A stretch of DNA of 64,000 bases, from contig NW_024704743.1 of NCBI RefSeq assembly GCF_018977255.1, positions 90,770,001-90,834,000 of the forward strand. Direction: 5' to 3'. Shown piece by piece: positions 1 to 13,774 of the stretch. The notes below the pieces were generated by a model that worked only from the letters and a program-made list of their open reading frames with translations, did no database searches and was not told the DNA's origin. A program made the position numbers and the translations under genes. This stretch comes from Callorhinchus milii (Eukaryota). Positions within the stretch are counted from its first letter, which is position 1; the number at the start of each line of letters is the position of its first letter.

Positions 1-479
1 GTACTCCTGCTCGATCACTATCTAGTCAGGGACAAGATCAAACACAGTTCAAATTCTTCCCTCTCCACCTTGCTCGTATACACTTCTACAATGAATGGTC
101 ACTGAGGTGAGGGAGTACAGGAATGAAACCCTAGGAACAATCACTGCCTAAGGAGACAAGAAATTTGGAGGGAGAAAATATTAATAAAGGTCACATGAAA
201 GGTGATGGAATATATATTGCTGCCAGAAACACAAAGCTTAAGGTTCCATTTAAAGTGTGCAAAAGGATATACTTCAGGGTTATTCACGTGATCTCAGAGT
301 TTGAGCTACATGTCTGCACTGGGCTCCAGGAGGATGACCTGAACACTCTGGAATGCAGTGACGGCAATCGTCTGGGAATAAAGCCATTGTTTTCTTTAAG
401 ATAAAGTTTGCGGTTCACGTAAGAACAGATTGACTTTATTGTAAGAGGTGCTGGGCTAGGTTCACACATGTTAGAACAG

Positions 480-620
480 TAGAAAATTGCAGCGCAGAAG
501 GTGGCCATTCGGTCCATTGTGTCGGTGCCGGCTCTTTTAAGATCAATCCTTTCAGGCCCATTTCCCAGCCCTTTCCCCATACGCCTGTAGCTTTCTTTCT
601 CCTATATCTTCCTTTCTCCT
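480..620 (-). mobile_element. CR1-type LINE 3' end relic
   Basis: ggtggccattcggtccattgtgtcggtgccggctct motif resembling CR1 3' ends; similar relics elsewhere in the window. Confidence 0.5.
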
Positions 621-1097
621 GTTGTAGGCTGCACAGCGACAGTAACTGACAATGAAACATGGCAGGTCCTGCCTCTCGCTCTACCCTTTTTCAAGTGCTC
701 CGAGGCGCAACCCTGCTTGTGGGGCGCTATATAAATGCAAGTTGTTGTTGTTTACTTTCGTGAAATCCTGGTTCTGGACGGGCTTTGCTTCACACGTACC
801 CTCTTACTCTGTGAACCTGGAGGGAACCACACTTGAAGGGAAACAAGGTCTAGAACAGCACTGACTGTCAATCCACTATACATACCTTTTGTGCCTGAAG
901 ATACTGCGGTGCAACCGGGACACAGGCCCAGTGCAGCATTGCCCAACACCCAGACTCCTTTCCTTGTCTCCATTGCTGATATTGCGGGAGCGTAAGTAGA
1001 TTTAGAATGGATTTGCAGATGCTCAAGAACCTACAATGTTGTTGTGAAGGTAACATAATGACATTAAACTTTCACACATGAGCAAAATGCCATTTTA

Positions 1098-1206
1098 TAT
1101 ACAGTCAATTCACTTTACAGTGTGTTCTGTGAAGTGCTTTGGGACGTCCTCCCGACGTGAAAAGCGCTATATCAAATGCAAGGATTATTATTATTATTAT
1201 TATTAC
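1098..1206 (+). mobile_element. Young SINE, 3' tail only
   Basis: cagtcaattcactttacag...gggacgtcctcccgacgtgaaaagcgctatatcaaatgcaagg(att)n. Confidence 0.85.
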
Positions 1207-1439
1207 CGCAAGCAATCCTGCAGAGGTGGTGCAAAAATGGGCGCACTAATAAATCTTCAGAATCAGAGGGTAAAGGTGGCGTTAGTCTGCTTCTTATGGC
1301 CCTCATGAATTCTGCAAAGGGACATCTCCAACCCAATAGAAATCCTACTCTTTGTATTTGACAGAGCACCATATCATGCAATCAAAATGCCTCAAACTGC
1401 TGCACAGAATTTTACTGCAAGCTCTAATGACCGTGTATA

Positions 1440-1690
1440 TTGTATGCGAATGCAGCAGCCAATTTTGTGCACATTAATCTTCCACAAACAACCAGGAGAT
1501 GAATGCCAATTTTATCTGTTGGCCAGGACACTGGGAGAAACTCCCTTTACAAACTGTGCCATGGGATCTTTAGCATCCACCTGAACAGTTTAACCTCTCA
1601 TCCAAAGAGGTGGCACCTCTGACAATGAAGGAAGTGCTTCCCCAGCACTGTCCTGGAGTGTTAACCTAGACTGTTAGCCCAATCCCTGGA
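1440..1690 (-). mobile_element. DeuSINE-like relic
   Basis: ggccaggacactgggagaaactcc...gtgccatgggatcttt...ctcatccaaag; reverse complement of the Deu-domain core at 50050-50160. Confidence 0.65.
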
Positions 1691-2682
1691 ATTCTCATGA
1701 CTGTCAAGCCTGAAACAGTTTGTTTTTATTTCTACTTTTACTGTTTCTTTATCCTAAAGGTTAACATTAATTCCAATACTAGTCATACATGGCAGCACTG
1801 ACTCACCACATAGAGATTTTCAGTGACTGGAAAGTTCATTGGTGAGCAGCTGTGGGAATTGGCATAAGGAAATTATTTCAGTAGTAAATCTTCCAGGAAC
1901 CATGAGACTTTGAACACACTATGAATTTTTAAAACAAAATACAACAAAATTCAAATCCAGAATATCAAACACAAAATTCCAAATGTTCGATTGCACTAGG
2001 TTAATCAGCATTTTATCTGCATAGGCTTCTGTTTTTTTTGAGTGTTTTCAGTTCTCTTGGGTAACCAGCCCATTGTACACAAGTCTATAAACTCATTGTA
2101 AATGCGCCTTAATGAACCATTGGAAAGGGGGAGGGTAGCAGCGGAAGGAATGAGCTGGATGGACAGCACATTGGCAGCAGTTGTAATACAAGGACACTTT
2201 TTTTTATCCAAATGGAAGAAATCCAGTCATCAATTATGACCTTTAAATTGAGTCTGGCTACTTGTGTATTCATCCCCTGATCTGTGGCAGGATGTTGTAC
2301 TTTCAACAGAATAGCATCAATACTGTCTTTTCAGTTATGTACAAGTTCTAAAGCTGCTTATGGAGCAGAGAGAAAAAAAGAGGAAAAAGAGCTACAGAAA
2401 TGCTGAGAAATTACCCTCAAAGAAAGTAGTAAATAATGTGAATGCCAGCAAATTTCAATGAGAACTTCATGCTATTATTAAATAAGTGATCAGACTCCTA
2501 AACAAGGATCATATCGAGAGTCCAATTCAAGGCGACATCAATACAAGGTGCCCCATAAGCAGATCTAAAAGAAACTCCTGCTCCTATGTCTTATGGTCAA
2601 AAGGCCTATTTGGATGCTATAGTGGCAGAGGCGAGCAACGTTATAGTAAGGGAAAGCTGAGCACAGATGGAGAGTTCCATCA

Positions 2683-3243
2683 ATAGATGCTGCCTGACCT
2701 GCGGAGTGTTCCCAGCGACTTCTGTTTTTGTTTCAGATTTCCAGGATCTGCAGTAATTTGTGTTTTGTGTATTAATTAATATTTTGCTCCTAAACCCTCC
2801 AGAATTAGGTAAGCAGGATGGGTTCTTGTTTTTGTATAGTTCTACTGAATGTGCAGCTTGTGAGCCAGGCAGGTCCACTCACTCCTCGTCATTGATGTTG
2901 GCAGAGCAAAATGCAAAATGCTCATTAGCAAGACTGGGAGGAACAGACCATTCACTAGGAGCTGGGATTCTTCCCACTCGGCTCCTCCAATTTCTGAAAG
3001 TGAAAGACTTAATGGCAGGGGGGGGGTCCTGGTTGGACGAGCATGCAAAAACTGACGAAGGATTCGTGGACCCGAAACATTGACTCACTTTCCTTTCTCC
3101 ATAGATGCTGCCTGACCTGCTGAGTGTTCCCAGCAACTTCTGTTTTTGTTTCAGATTTCCAGGATCTGCAGTAATTTGTGTTTTGTGTATTAATGAATAT
3201 TTTGCTCCTAAACCCTCCAGAATTAGGTAAGCAGGATGGGTTC
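2683..3243 (+). repeat. 143-bp direct duplication (2683-2825 and 3101-3243)
   Basis: Two copies with 3 mismatches by eye; covers a Penelope-type end plus unique flank. Confidence 0.9.
3052..3190 (+). mobile_element. Penelope-like terminal repeat fragment with degenerate hammerhead core
   Basis: CTGACGA-aggattcgtggaccc-GAAAC-attgac followed by atagatgctgcctgacctgctgagt...atttccaggatctgcagt. Confidence 0.7.
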
Positions 3244-3971
3244 CTCAGGACCAAACCAAGATTTCAGTGGTTTGGGTAGGAGATTCTTAAACATGGTGAT
3301 GGGTTTTTGCCAGATACCCAGACGGCCAAACAAAGCTCATTTCAAGCAGTTTTACTTTATATTCAGACAATTTAACTGAGTAATAATTCCATTGTTGCAT
3401 AATCTCCACTCGTTTCAGCATGAAAAATCTAAAAATATGACCTTCGGCAGGCTTTCCAAATGGTGATTCAGGGCTGGAGTAATGCTCTGCATCCTGTAGG
3501 TTAACAACTAGTGTTGATTTAAGAGCCCTAGAAATCAAAATGCATTGAAATTACATATGGAGTCAGATATTTCAATGAGAACTTGTAAGTATTGAAATTT
3601 GCAGCAAGTGAATGTGCAGCTCATCGAACTGTGCTCTAGGACTCCCCTCTGAGATTGTATTAGAGCATTTACTGCAAGATTCAATATCTCCGAATTCTTT
3701 TTGAATCCAGTTGTGAAAAACATATTTCACCACACCCCACCCACCCAATATGGACTCACCAGCATAATTCATCTGCTCACACCTGTAATATGTCCATAAG
3801 GTTGAGCACGTATTGCAGGGTTACACTGTGACCTCACTTGTCCTGGCTTGCTCAATTGAACACAGCCATCAGAAATTATATTCGAATGTCCCCTAAGGCT
3901 CAGGGCACCAAAGGAAGAAATTCCATTCCGTTACCAAAGGAAGATTTATTCTATTGATGTAACATTTCAGG

Positions 3972-4325
3972 ATAATAATAATTCTTGCGCCTTATCACAT
4001 CTTCGAGACGTCTCATAGCGCTTCACAGAATATATTGTAAAGTGAATTGACTGTATATTTTGTGGGCGAAACGTAGCAGCCAATTGTGCACAGCAGTGTC
4101 CCACAAATCATTGTGGATTGAGTGAGCAAGTTTTTTTTTAAGGGATTATTACCAGCGGAAAAGTGATCTGCGAATCAATTAACAGGGTTCCTACTCACTG
4201 CTAGGAAAACAGAGGCGTGTGAAGTCAAAAAACATGTCTAACATTTCCCTCTGCCCAGGAATCAACCCAGGCCCTCTTGCTTGCAAGAGGACCTGGGTTC
4301 TCTCACAAACACTAAGCTATGGGAC
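3972..4325 (-). mobile_element. tRNA-head SINE, older longer subfamily
   Basis: Diverged tRNA-like head, ctagcagtgagtaggaacc segment, Deu-like body and (att)n tail. Confidence 0.75.
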
Positions 4326-4599
4326 TCCACAGGATGTCCTGAATTTAACAAATTCTTCATTTTTAAGCTGTAAATATAGACCCAAGTGGAATTCCTTTCC
4401 AACAGTGTCTTTACCCCGAGCCCTTAAGGGTCCAGACATGCTATTTGTATTCATAGCCGTTTTATTTTATCGTGCGTCATTTGAACATCAACCAGAGATT
4501 GAAAATGTACATAAAAGCAGTTGTGGTTATTGGGGCAGAACAAATTGTAACAAAATGATCACTGCAAAGTGAGACAATAAGAAAGCTCTCATTAAAAAA

Positions 4600-7500
4600 A
4601 ACAAAGTGCAATGTATTATCAAATATCATTTATTTTTAAAAACCAAATCTTACAAAATTGCCTTTATTTTCTATTTTTTTAAAATCATTTATACCTATAA
4701 AAGTGAACCAACATAATACTAATTACAGAGGCAGAAACTTGGGATGCGTGTGGGCATAAACGGCTAATGGAATACTTCTGTGTGGAACGGTCTCATTATA
4801 AATAGGCAAAGCATTAAGCATAAAGAAAGATGCAGGAGCAGAATCTGTGCCCTCAGGATTAGAAAAAACAAACACCTCCCAGGAATGTCAATAATCATCC
4901 AGTAATTATTCCAGTGTTCCTGAAGCAAAAGGACCTGTCATTGGGAAGAGATAAATATACGACATTCTGAATCTCCCCAGTACAACCCTTTCTGCTTCCA
5001 GGTAAGACTTGAAAACACAGTGGCGCTGGTTCACGGTTTACACAGGACAGTACGTCACATGCTGTGGAGGTCTTTAACGTGACTGGCGTTGTTCCAGAGA
5101 CCTGTAGTTCCAGCTTTCTATGAATGAGGTTCTGGCTTGTGTGTAAATTCCTGGATTGTATTTCTCCAGTCTTAAAAAAAACAACTGACACTTACACAGT
5201 GGGTTTCTCTAAACTCAAATAACTGCAGTCACACAATAATGATCGTAGGAATGCATCAAGTTGCCTGTGGATTTATTTTTTGTTTTAAAAAATTATAAAT
5301 GCATTTTATTTAAAAAAAATTAAAGCTTGGCAGATTGCACTCATTTTGTCTACATTAAAAAAGGCAGTACACCGGACAGTAATTACACTGAAGCTCTGAA
5401 ATGTTTTGACATTATAGGCACTATAAAAAAATGCACGTCTTTCTTTCATTAAGTGGGTAACCTGATCAATTTCTTCACTTCTAAAACACAAGAACAGAAA
5501 CATTTCCAAAGGTTCATCTGGATTGAATCCATACTGTAATTCCAGTATTTTTGCCTAAAGCAAAAAAAATTAAAAATTGTACATTGATTGTTTTCTACTT
5601 TTTAAAAAATCAGCAGTTTTCACATGTCTGAATTCCTGCAATTTCACAGATTTTTAAAAATGATTTTTGATATGTACAAGGCAACAACCTTCTGCCAGTT
5701 GTATGAAGAAATAGCTCATGCTCACGTCCATCAACTCTGAATAAGGTAAATCACCGGGAATTTAATGTTTCCGCAAATTAAATCAAAATGTTACTTTTAA
5801 AACAGTGAATTCAAAGTAGCAATCTGGGGGCCTTAACTCCTCTCTCTCCACTCCCCAAATTTGCTTCACCTTTTCTGTGTTTAAATGAAGAGCTCCTCAA
5901 GTCTGCTACTTTCTTGCAACACCGCCTTCCAGTCAATTCTAAGTGTTAAATTTTATTGCAGTAATCCTTGCGCCGATAGCCCCATTACTAAATCAGTCCC
6001 GTACAACACCCCCCATATTCAGTTCATTCAAAATCTATGAATTCAATCAATAAACGGTCAGGAAGCTGTTTTGGGAAGGGAAAGCTGAAGCCACAATAGT
6101 TCTGGAGTAACAGCAGTCTGGCCGCCATGTAAATCCTTTCACCAGAACCAACCACAACCATGTCACACAACTACATAAAGACATACATGTGTAAACGTAT
6201 ACAAAAATGGTTGCCAAAGGTAAGCTCTCCCAAGTTACAACAAAAAGGAATCAAAAACACAAAGCAGCAAAAGACATACAAAGTGTAGTGAAAAACACAA
6301 AAAATCATTCCATGACCTTTGTGTTCAGTTGTACAGATATACTGAACTTGCAAATGGCTCTAAAAATACAGTTAAATTATTAGAAAGCAACAGATCAGAT
6401 GAAAGGTCTTTGGTGATACTACCTATGGAGGCTATGTTTGATGATGGAGCTATACCTTTTGCTAGCTAATGCAGTGAATCACAATATATGGCTTTGTATT
6501 CTCTCCCCTTCTCTGCAGGTTTCAGTCCACTATGTAGTCATGCCATTCTAACCACTTGGGAAATCTTTTATAAAGCAATGGTACACTATGAAAAAACATT
6601 GGCAATTTGTTAGAAAAACTTCAGAAATGTACATCTTATACAAAATATTTTTTGTTTTGCTTTACAGTTTAAACCATCCAAGTATCCCATCATTGCTTTG
6701 TCGATCAGTTTGTAACCATACACTATACACAATTCTGTCAAAATAATAAATATACAAGATTATGTACATTATAACAAGGCCCATTTTTCACATCCTTAAT
6801 TATGACTAGACATTGATCGGAGAGATTCTGCAAGTGAGATGAACTGGGGGTTTCTATTTAAAATAAAAGAATTAGATATAAAAACTAGGCTGAACCATTA
6901 TTAACCAAAATAAAGTGATTAAAAAAGGCCACACGCTCAGCACTCCTTCAAGTCTTCAGACATTCAAGTACCTGTGAGCAAAGACTAACATAGCCCCTGC
7001 GTTTAAAAAATAGAACTTTATATAGAAACAAGGAGCTACCCCCTTGTCTGAGCACCATATGTGCCATTCAGTTTAAAATACACACAGCCAACATTTTATT
7101 TCCAAAGGTCAGCCCAGTGATCCAGTAAAGCCATACAGCAAATCATCTGTAAGGCATATTAACATGCAGGTATGTGCGTGGATTTCAACAGGCTATTCAC
7201 AACTGTGCAGCAGTGCCAGACTTCCCCCACCCCTTCTCAGCTGCTTATTTGCACAGTTCCTACACACATGGTTTCTTCTGTAGTGGGTGCAAATGTGTGT
7301 GTTTTTATTCTTTTGCATGCTAATAGTAAACATAGCAGACAACACTGGTGAAACGACAGCTCTCGTTCTCTCTTCCTATACGAATCCTGGTGGCTGCTCA
7401 CTCTAAACACCACTCACTTCTCCTGCATGCAAACTCCAGCTAAATTACGTGGTGCAAGTTGGCCTTAAAATCATGTGCAGGCCAAATTTAAGACACTCAA

Positions 7501-7890
7501 TTCTGATCATTGGATAGTGTTTCACTTTGTTCTTCACAGTGCTAACAGTGTCGATGGAAAAAGAATTCATTGATCTTCAGGTTTTTCATTCACTGATTTA
7601 GAGCAATTTGTATTCCTCGTGGCAGAATATCAGACCTGCCACTCTGGATTGATATTATGACAAAATACATGTTAATTCTAATGGTCACACAGTACATATA
7701 CATCCTGTCAATAGGCTGATACCAGCCACCTTGCTGAAGCTCTTGGGAGTCTTGTGCATCAACGGATAGGAGCCAAGAGTCATCAAATGCACAGCGTTAT
7801 TTCCTGAACTCCGGGTTGACAAACATCCTGCAGTCTGGCTTTATTTGGATGCTGCCCAAAAGCCAATGGCTTTGTGCCTCGTAGTGCTCA
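4600..7890 (-). other. EXT1: Putative long EXT1 3' UTR
   Basis: AT-rich stretch downstream of the stop with no recognisable repeat; minus-strand AATAAA at 7304-7309, 7095-7100, 5952-5957, 5305-5310, 4663-4668, 4629-4634; the true 3' end cannot be determined from sequence alone. Confidence 0.5.
4629..4668 (-). terminator. Candidate distal polyadenylation signals
   Basis: Two AATAAA on the minus strand followed by a T/GT-rich downstream tract (tttgttttttttaat). Confidence 0.35.
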
Positions 7891-8091
<201 letters not shown>

Positions 8092-9407
8092 TCAATCACC
8101 ATTTAATGGAACAGGAAGATCTATCTGCCCATTAAATAGGATACTGTGATAAGAACTTCACGTATTCAACCGCAACACACACCTATGACCTGTACCAACC
8201 TCATGCACACTAGGATTTTTTTTAAAAGGCTGAGATTTATTTATTATTGTGTCACGTTTCGTAGCTTATAACACAACTTTTCAGTTATTTGACATGTTAA
8301 TAAAACTATGAACATAAAATGCATGAGCACTTCTGACTGTGTGAATTCAGATGTGATTAATGAAGCAGAGCCTCAAAATGAAGCCTGGCTTACACTGCAC
8401 ACGACTCACTGCACTAAATCAGGGGAAGCAGTATAATATGGAAGGGAATTGCTTTGAAGCCTGGTTTCTGAAGCCACTTGAACAGAACATATTGGATAAG
8501 GAGAATCACTGGAGACTAGGAGGCTATTTATATTCAATAAGTTTCTGCAGCTAGATCTGAAACACAAAATGTACCTATTTTTCTTCAGTGGCAGTTGTTC
8601 AATAAGACATGTTAAGAAACACAAAGCTCACTTATACAGGCCCATGATTTTTTTTTACAAAACTATTTTGCAATGGCATAGTGCAAATACACCATGAAGA
8701 TCACAAAACAGTTTATTTAAAAGCTGAACTTGGGCTCAATGCACTGTCCCAAATATCACTTGCAGCTGGCAATATGACAACTCATTTGCTATTTCAAACT
8801 TTTCAACTTAATGTCTTGTTTATACCGCGTGTTGTCTCGCTTCTGTGGTCTTTTTGTCTAAGATCAGGTGAGTGTAGACACTCCATGAAATTTGGGGAAA
8901 TTTGTCATAGGAATAACAGCACAAATCCGTTGAGACGTGCTGGATTGCCAAAGATCAAAGTGCTAATTTCTCACCAAGACAACAATTCAGACTCAGGCTG
9001 CACAAATTGACCTGGCTTTCTGCTTTAAAATTATCTCTTGAGCTCTCTGGGACACTACTCTGCGAATGGGGTGCTATATGATTGTAAGTTGTTGTTATAA
9101 ACATTCGTGACCACTCCAATTGGTCAGGAACATTTAACATCGTAAGAGACCTTAAACATCCAGTTCTTGACCAACATTGAAAATGACGGCCAGCTGTGAA
9201 ACCTGGGAAACATGTCAACTCGTGTACAACACTGGGGGAGATCGAAGTCCAATGTTTCGTCCCAAATCATTCTTCTGCTGGAAGAGATGTTGCATTGCTT
9301 CCAGGAGAATAACCAGGCAAATAATACGCATCTCATATAATTTGACCACCAGGACTCCTGCAGTCTTCTACAATACATAAAATTCACAAAGCAAAATCAA
9401 CACTTAC

Positions 9408-9579
9408 CTGTTGCATCATCGTCTCCTTATACTGCTTTTTCTGAGTGACTTTAATAGGGGGCAGTTTGGTGACAGCTGATACAAGGAAGTTCATTAGGAT
9501 GTCTTCACAGTTGGCCAGTTGGTCCACCATGTTCTTTAGGTTGGCTGGCAGGTAATGAGTATACAGGTAATGGTAATAC
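9408..9579 (-). CDS. EXT1: EXT1 coding exon 10 (172 nt)
   Basis: cag|G TAT...CAG|gtaagt; translates [57 protein letters not shown]. Confidence 0.97.
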
Positions 9580-9915
9580 CTGCAACACAAAACACATCCA
9601 AATGTATTCATCTGATCAGAGGCTCTTACTATCCACATGATTCTTATTCATTCACTTTTCAAAAAAAAATAGGTCGCAACCATCAACCTGATATTTTGGA
9701 TTCCTGCATCTCAATCAAAATAATACATTAATAATAATTTGGTCACTCAATTCATGACTGTTTGTGGGACACTGCTGTGTGCAATTGTCTGGAGTTTCAC
9801 CCACAAAATACAGTCAATTCATTTTACAGTATATTCTGTGAAACGCTTTGAGACATCTCGAAGATGTAAGAATGCGCTACACTCTTGAAAGCTTGATAAT
9901 TTCAGTTATTTGAAA

Positions 9916-10233
9916 GTCCTGTAGCTCAGTGGTTAGAGCACTCGCTTTGCAAGTGAGAGACCTGAGTTCAATTCCAGGCAGGTCAGGGCGAAACCTTGGG
10001 CAAGTTTCCTTACTCCACACAGAGCCTAATAATAATCCCTCCAAAACAAAAACAATAATAAATTGGTCATTTTCAATCTACGACTGTTTGTGGGACATTG
10101 CTGTGCGCAATTGGCTGCCGCGTTCGCCCACAAATATACAGTCAATTCACTTTACAGTCTATTCTGTGAAGCGCTTTGGGACGTCCTCCCGACGTGAAAA
10201 GCGCTATATCAAATGCAAGGATTATTATTATTA
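9916..10233 (+). mobile_element. Full-length young tRNA(Ala)-derived SINE with partial Deu domain and L2-like tail
   Basis: A box tagctcagtgg, anticodon arm ctcgc-tttgcaa-gtgag, B box gagttcaattc, body tgtttgtgggacattgctgtgcgcaattggctgccgcgtt, (att)n tail; preceded by an older tail at ~9740-9890. Confidence 0.9.
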
Positions 10234-11224
10234 CACCAAATGTAAGCATTATTATTAAAAGCACATTAATAATCTGGCTGTAATAAAGTCAAGATAAACT
10301 GGCAAAATGCAGATCAGCTATAGTGCTCAGGAAGCAGCTTCACCTGCACTGATGAGAACAGGTCAGGAATACTCCAGTAAATAGACAAAGGAGAGAAAAT
10401 AAAGTTAATAAAGGAGAATGCAAAAACAAATATTGTCAGGAATTCTAATGATTTCAGAGTATATATTTAAAATGCAGGAATTAAAATACCCAAAAAACAA
10501 GTATCAGTGTTATGGGGCATATTATTTCAGATCACCATTCACAGGTGCACACAAAACAAATGATAATCATTTCCTACTCTCGTCTACAGTTTCACAATTA
10601 AATCAGGATTTCAAAAAATTTCCATTTCTGAAGGATTGTAACTTGACTCCTCAAGTCATTTGGTTTAATTTTTAAACCTCTTTTTTACATTTAACATTTA
10701 GCAAAGAGCACCTCACTATTCATAACTTTCCTTGAATTCCCACTCCTACACAATGAGAGAGACATGGGCATGACATTCGATCCAAAGCATCAATGTAATG
10801 CTGAATCAAAGTCAGATACCCCCAGGCAGATTGAAGCAACGCAGAGCTGAAGAAAAGCAGACCGATGCTGCCCAATTACAATAAACTATTCATCTCCAGC
10901 ACAGCTCCATAGACAAGGAGGCTTCACAATGTTTAGTTAACCCTGACATAAAGCTCCCCCGATGACCCAGAGAATAAACACACAACTCAGCAAGGCATAT
11001 AGACCAGCAGGTTCCAGGTTTGTGCTGAGTTAGCAAATCTCAGCCGTCCCAGCAGCCGATACTATTGGTCTCAGCACCACGAGGTTAGGGAGGGTACAAT
11101 CAACAACAAACAACAAATTACATATGTATAGCGTCTTTCACGTTGGGAGGATGTGCCCAGGCGCTGAAAAGAAACCAATCTAGGAAAAGGAAGAGGAGGG
11201 GGGAATGGGTTAAGGAAGAACACT

Positions 11225-12226
<1,002 letters not shown>

Positions 12227-13481
12227 TCATTTCTATTCTCAAATGAAGCATGCCCGACTTTGCCACCTCATCGCATGTCCAAAGCAGGCAATTCTTGTAG
12301 ACTGTTGTGCTCAACAATTCTACAATATTATTTCATAAAAGATAAAGTTGCAACAGATAGCTATGCTAGAAATCGATCAACATAATGACTCCATGTCAGG
12401 TTAATAGTGCGAGTGAATTTTGTGTATATAACTATGAGGTGACCACGTCAATCATTAATCACTGGGCTTCTCATTCACTGTTTGCAGCCAATGAGAAACC
12501 TGTTTTTAAAAAAAGCACATGCCAAAATAATTGTTAGAGATGGAAAAAATACAAAAGATTTGAAACCGAGGATGAGAGAGGAAGGAAAAAGAATGAGCAC
12601 AGGTAAAAAAAAATTGAAAGTTTCAGCAGTTTGGAATTAAGATTACTTCAATTTGTTCACTGTAATTGAACTAAAACATACAGAATGGGCAAGTCCACTC
12701 CTAATAGATAGTTGTCATAGAATTTAAGCAGCAGCAACATAAACAAAGAAGAATGAGATCCTACGATTTCATTATTGAGCAGGAAACAACCAGCAAAGAT
12801 AATTTAAGGTCAACTGATCAAAACGGCTGATTCCTGTACAACACAAAACAAGTGGTAATATATAAATGTAATGATTAGCAACAAAATATTATTATTATTT
12901 ACAGTATCCCTCGCACTCTTGAACCCGAATCTACACAATAAGAACATAAGAATTTGCTAGGCAAAAGAAGACCAAGTCCATCTAGTTTGCCTTCAACCAT
13001 CCTGCAAGTCGCTTAACGTGTCGTGCCCCAAATTATATACTGTGTCCTGAGATATTAGTTTCTACAGAAATCTATTTAATTTGTTCTTGAAACAAACAAC
13101 ATTTTCTGCTTCCACTGTCTCCCTAGCGTCACTCAAATGAGTTATCTTCACAGCGACCTTGCTAATATACTCACTATAATTACAATAAGGAAAGATTATG
13201 GATTAATGGATTTTATCATCTAATTGTTACAGAGGGATAAAATGGCTCCTGTAATCCAATAATTGATTACTGTAATTAGCTGGAGACATCAAGACAGAAT
13301 TAAATTCAAATGTTTTTTTTATTGGAGAGGGATTTGTTGACCTCACTAAAGTAGACTTTTGCAAAGTATCCTTTTGGTACAGATTTCATCACAATGTAAT
13401 AACAGTGAATTAGCTCTTCAATGTAAGACATTAACTTTTCCTCATAAGCAGTTTTCACAATAAGGCAAAAACTCAGGTTCA

Positions 13482-13774
13482 CTTTGCAAGCGAGAGACCT
13501 GAGTTCAATTCCAGGCAGAGGGCGAAACCTTGGGCAAGTTTCCTTACTCCACACGCCTAATAATAATCCCTCCAAAACCCAAAACAATAATAAATTGGTC
13601 ATTTTTAATCTATGACTGTTTGTGGGACATTGCTGTGCGCAATTGGCTGCCGCGTTTGCCCACAAATATACAGTCAATTCACTTTACAGTGTGTTCTGTG
13701 AAGCGCTTTGGGACGTCCTCCCGACGTGAAAAGCGCTATATCAATTGCAAGGATTATTATTATTATTATTATTA
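13482..13774 (+). mobile_element. Young SINE, slightly 5' truncated
   Basis: Near-identical to 9916-10233 from the anticodon loop onward. Confidence 0.9.

Noticed and set aside
7840..7845. AATAAA about 45 nt after the EXT1 stop
   Set aside because: No clear downstream U/GU-rich element; cannot be supported as a used poly(A) site without transcript data.
9929..10258. Recurrent ORFs such as MVRALALQVRDLSSIPG.. and ..WDIAVRNWLPRSPTNIQSIHF..
   Set aside because: Translations of the non-coding SINE; they recur because the repeat recurs.
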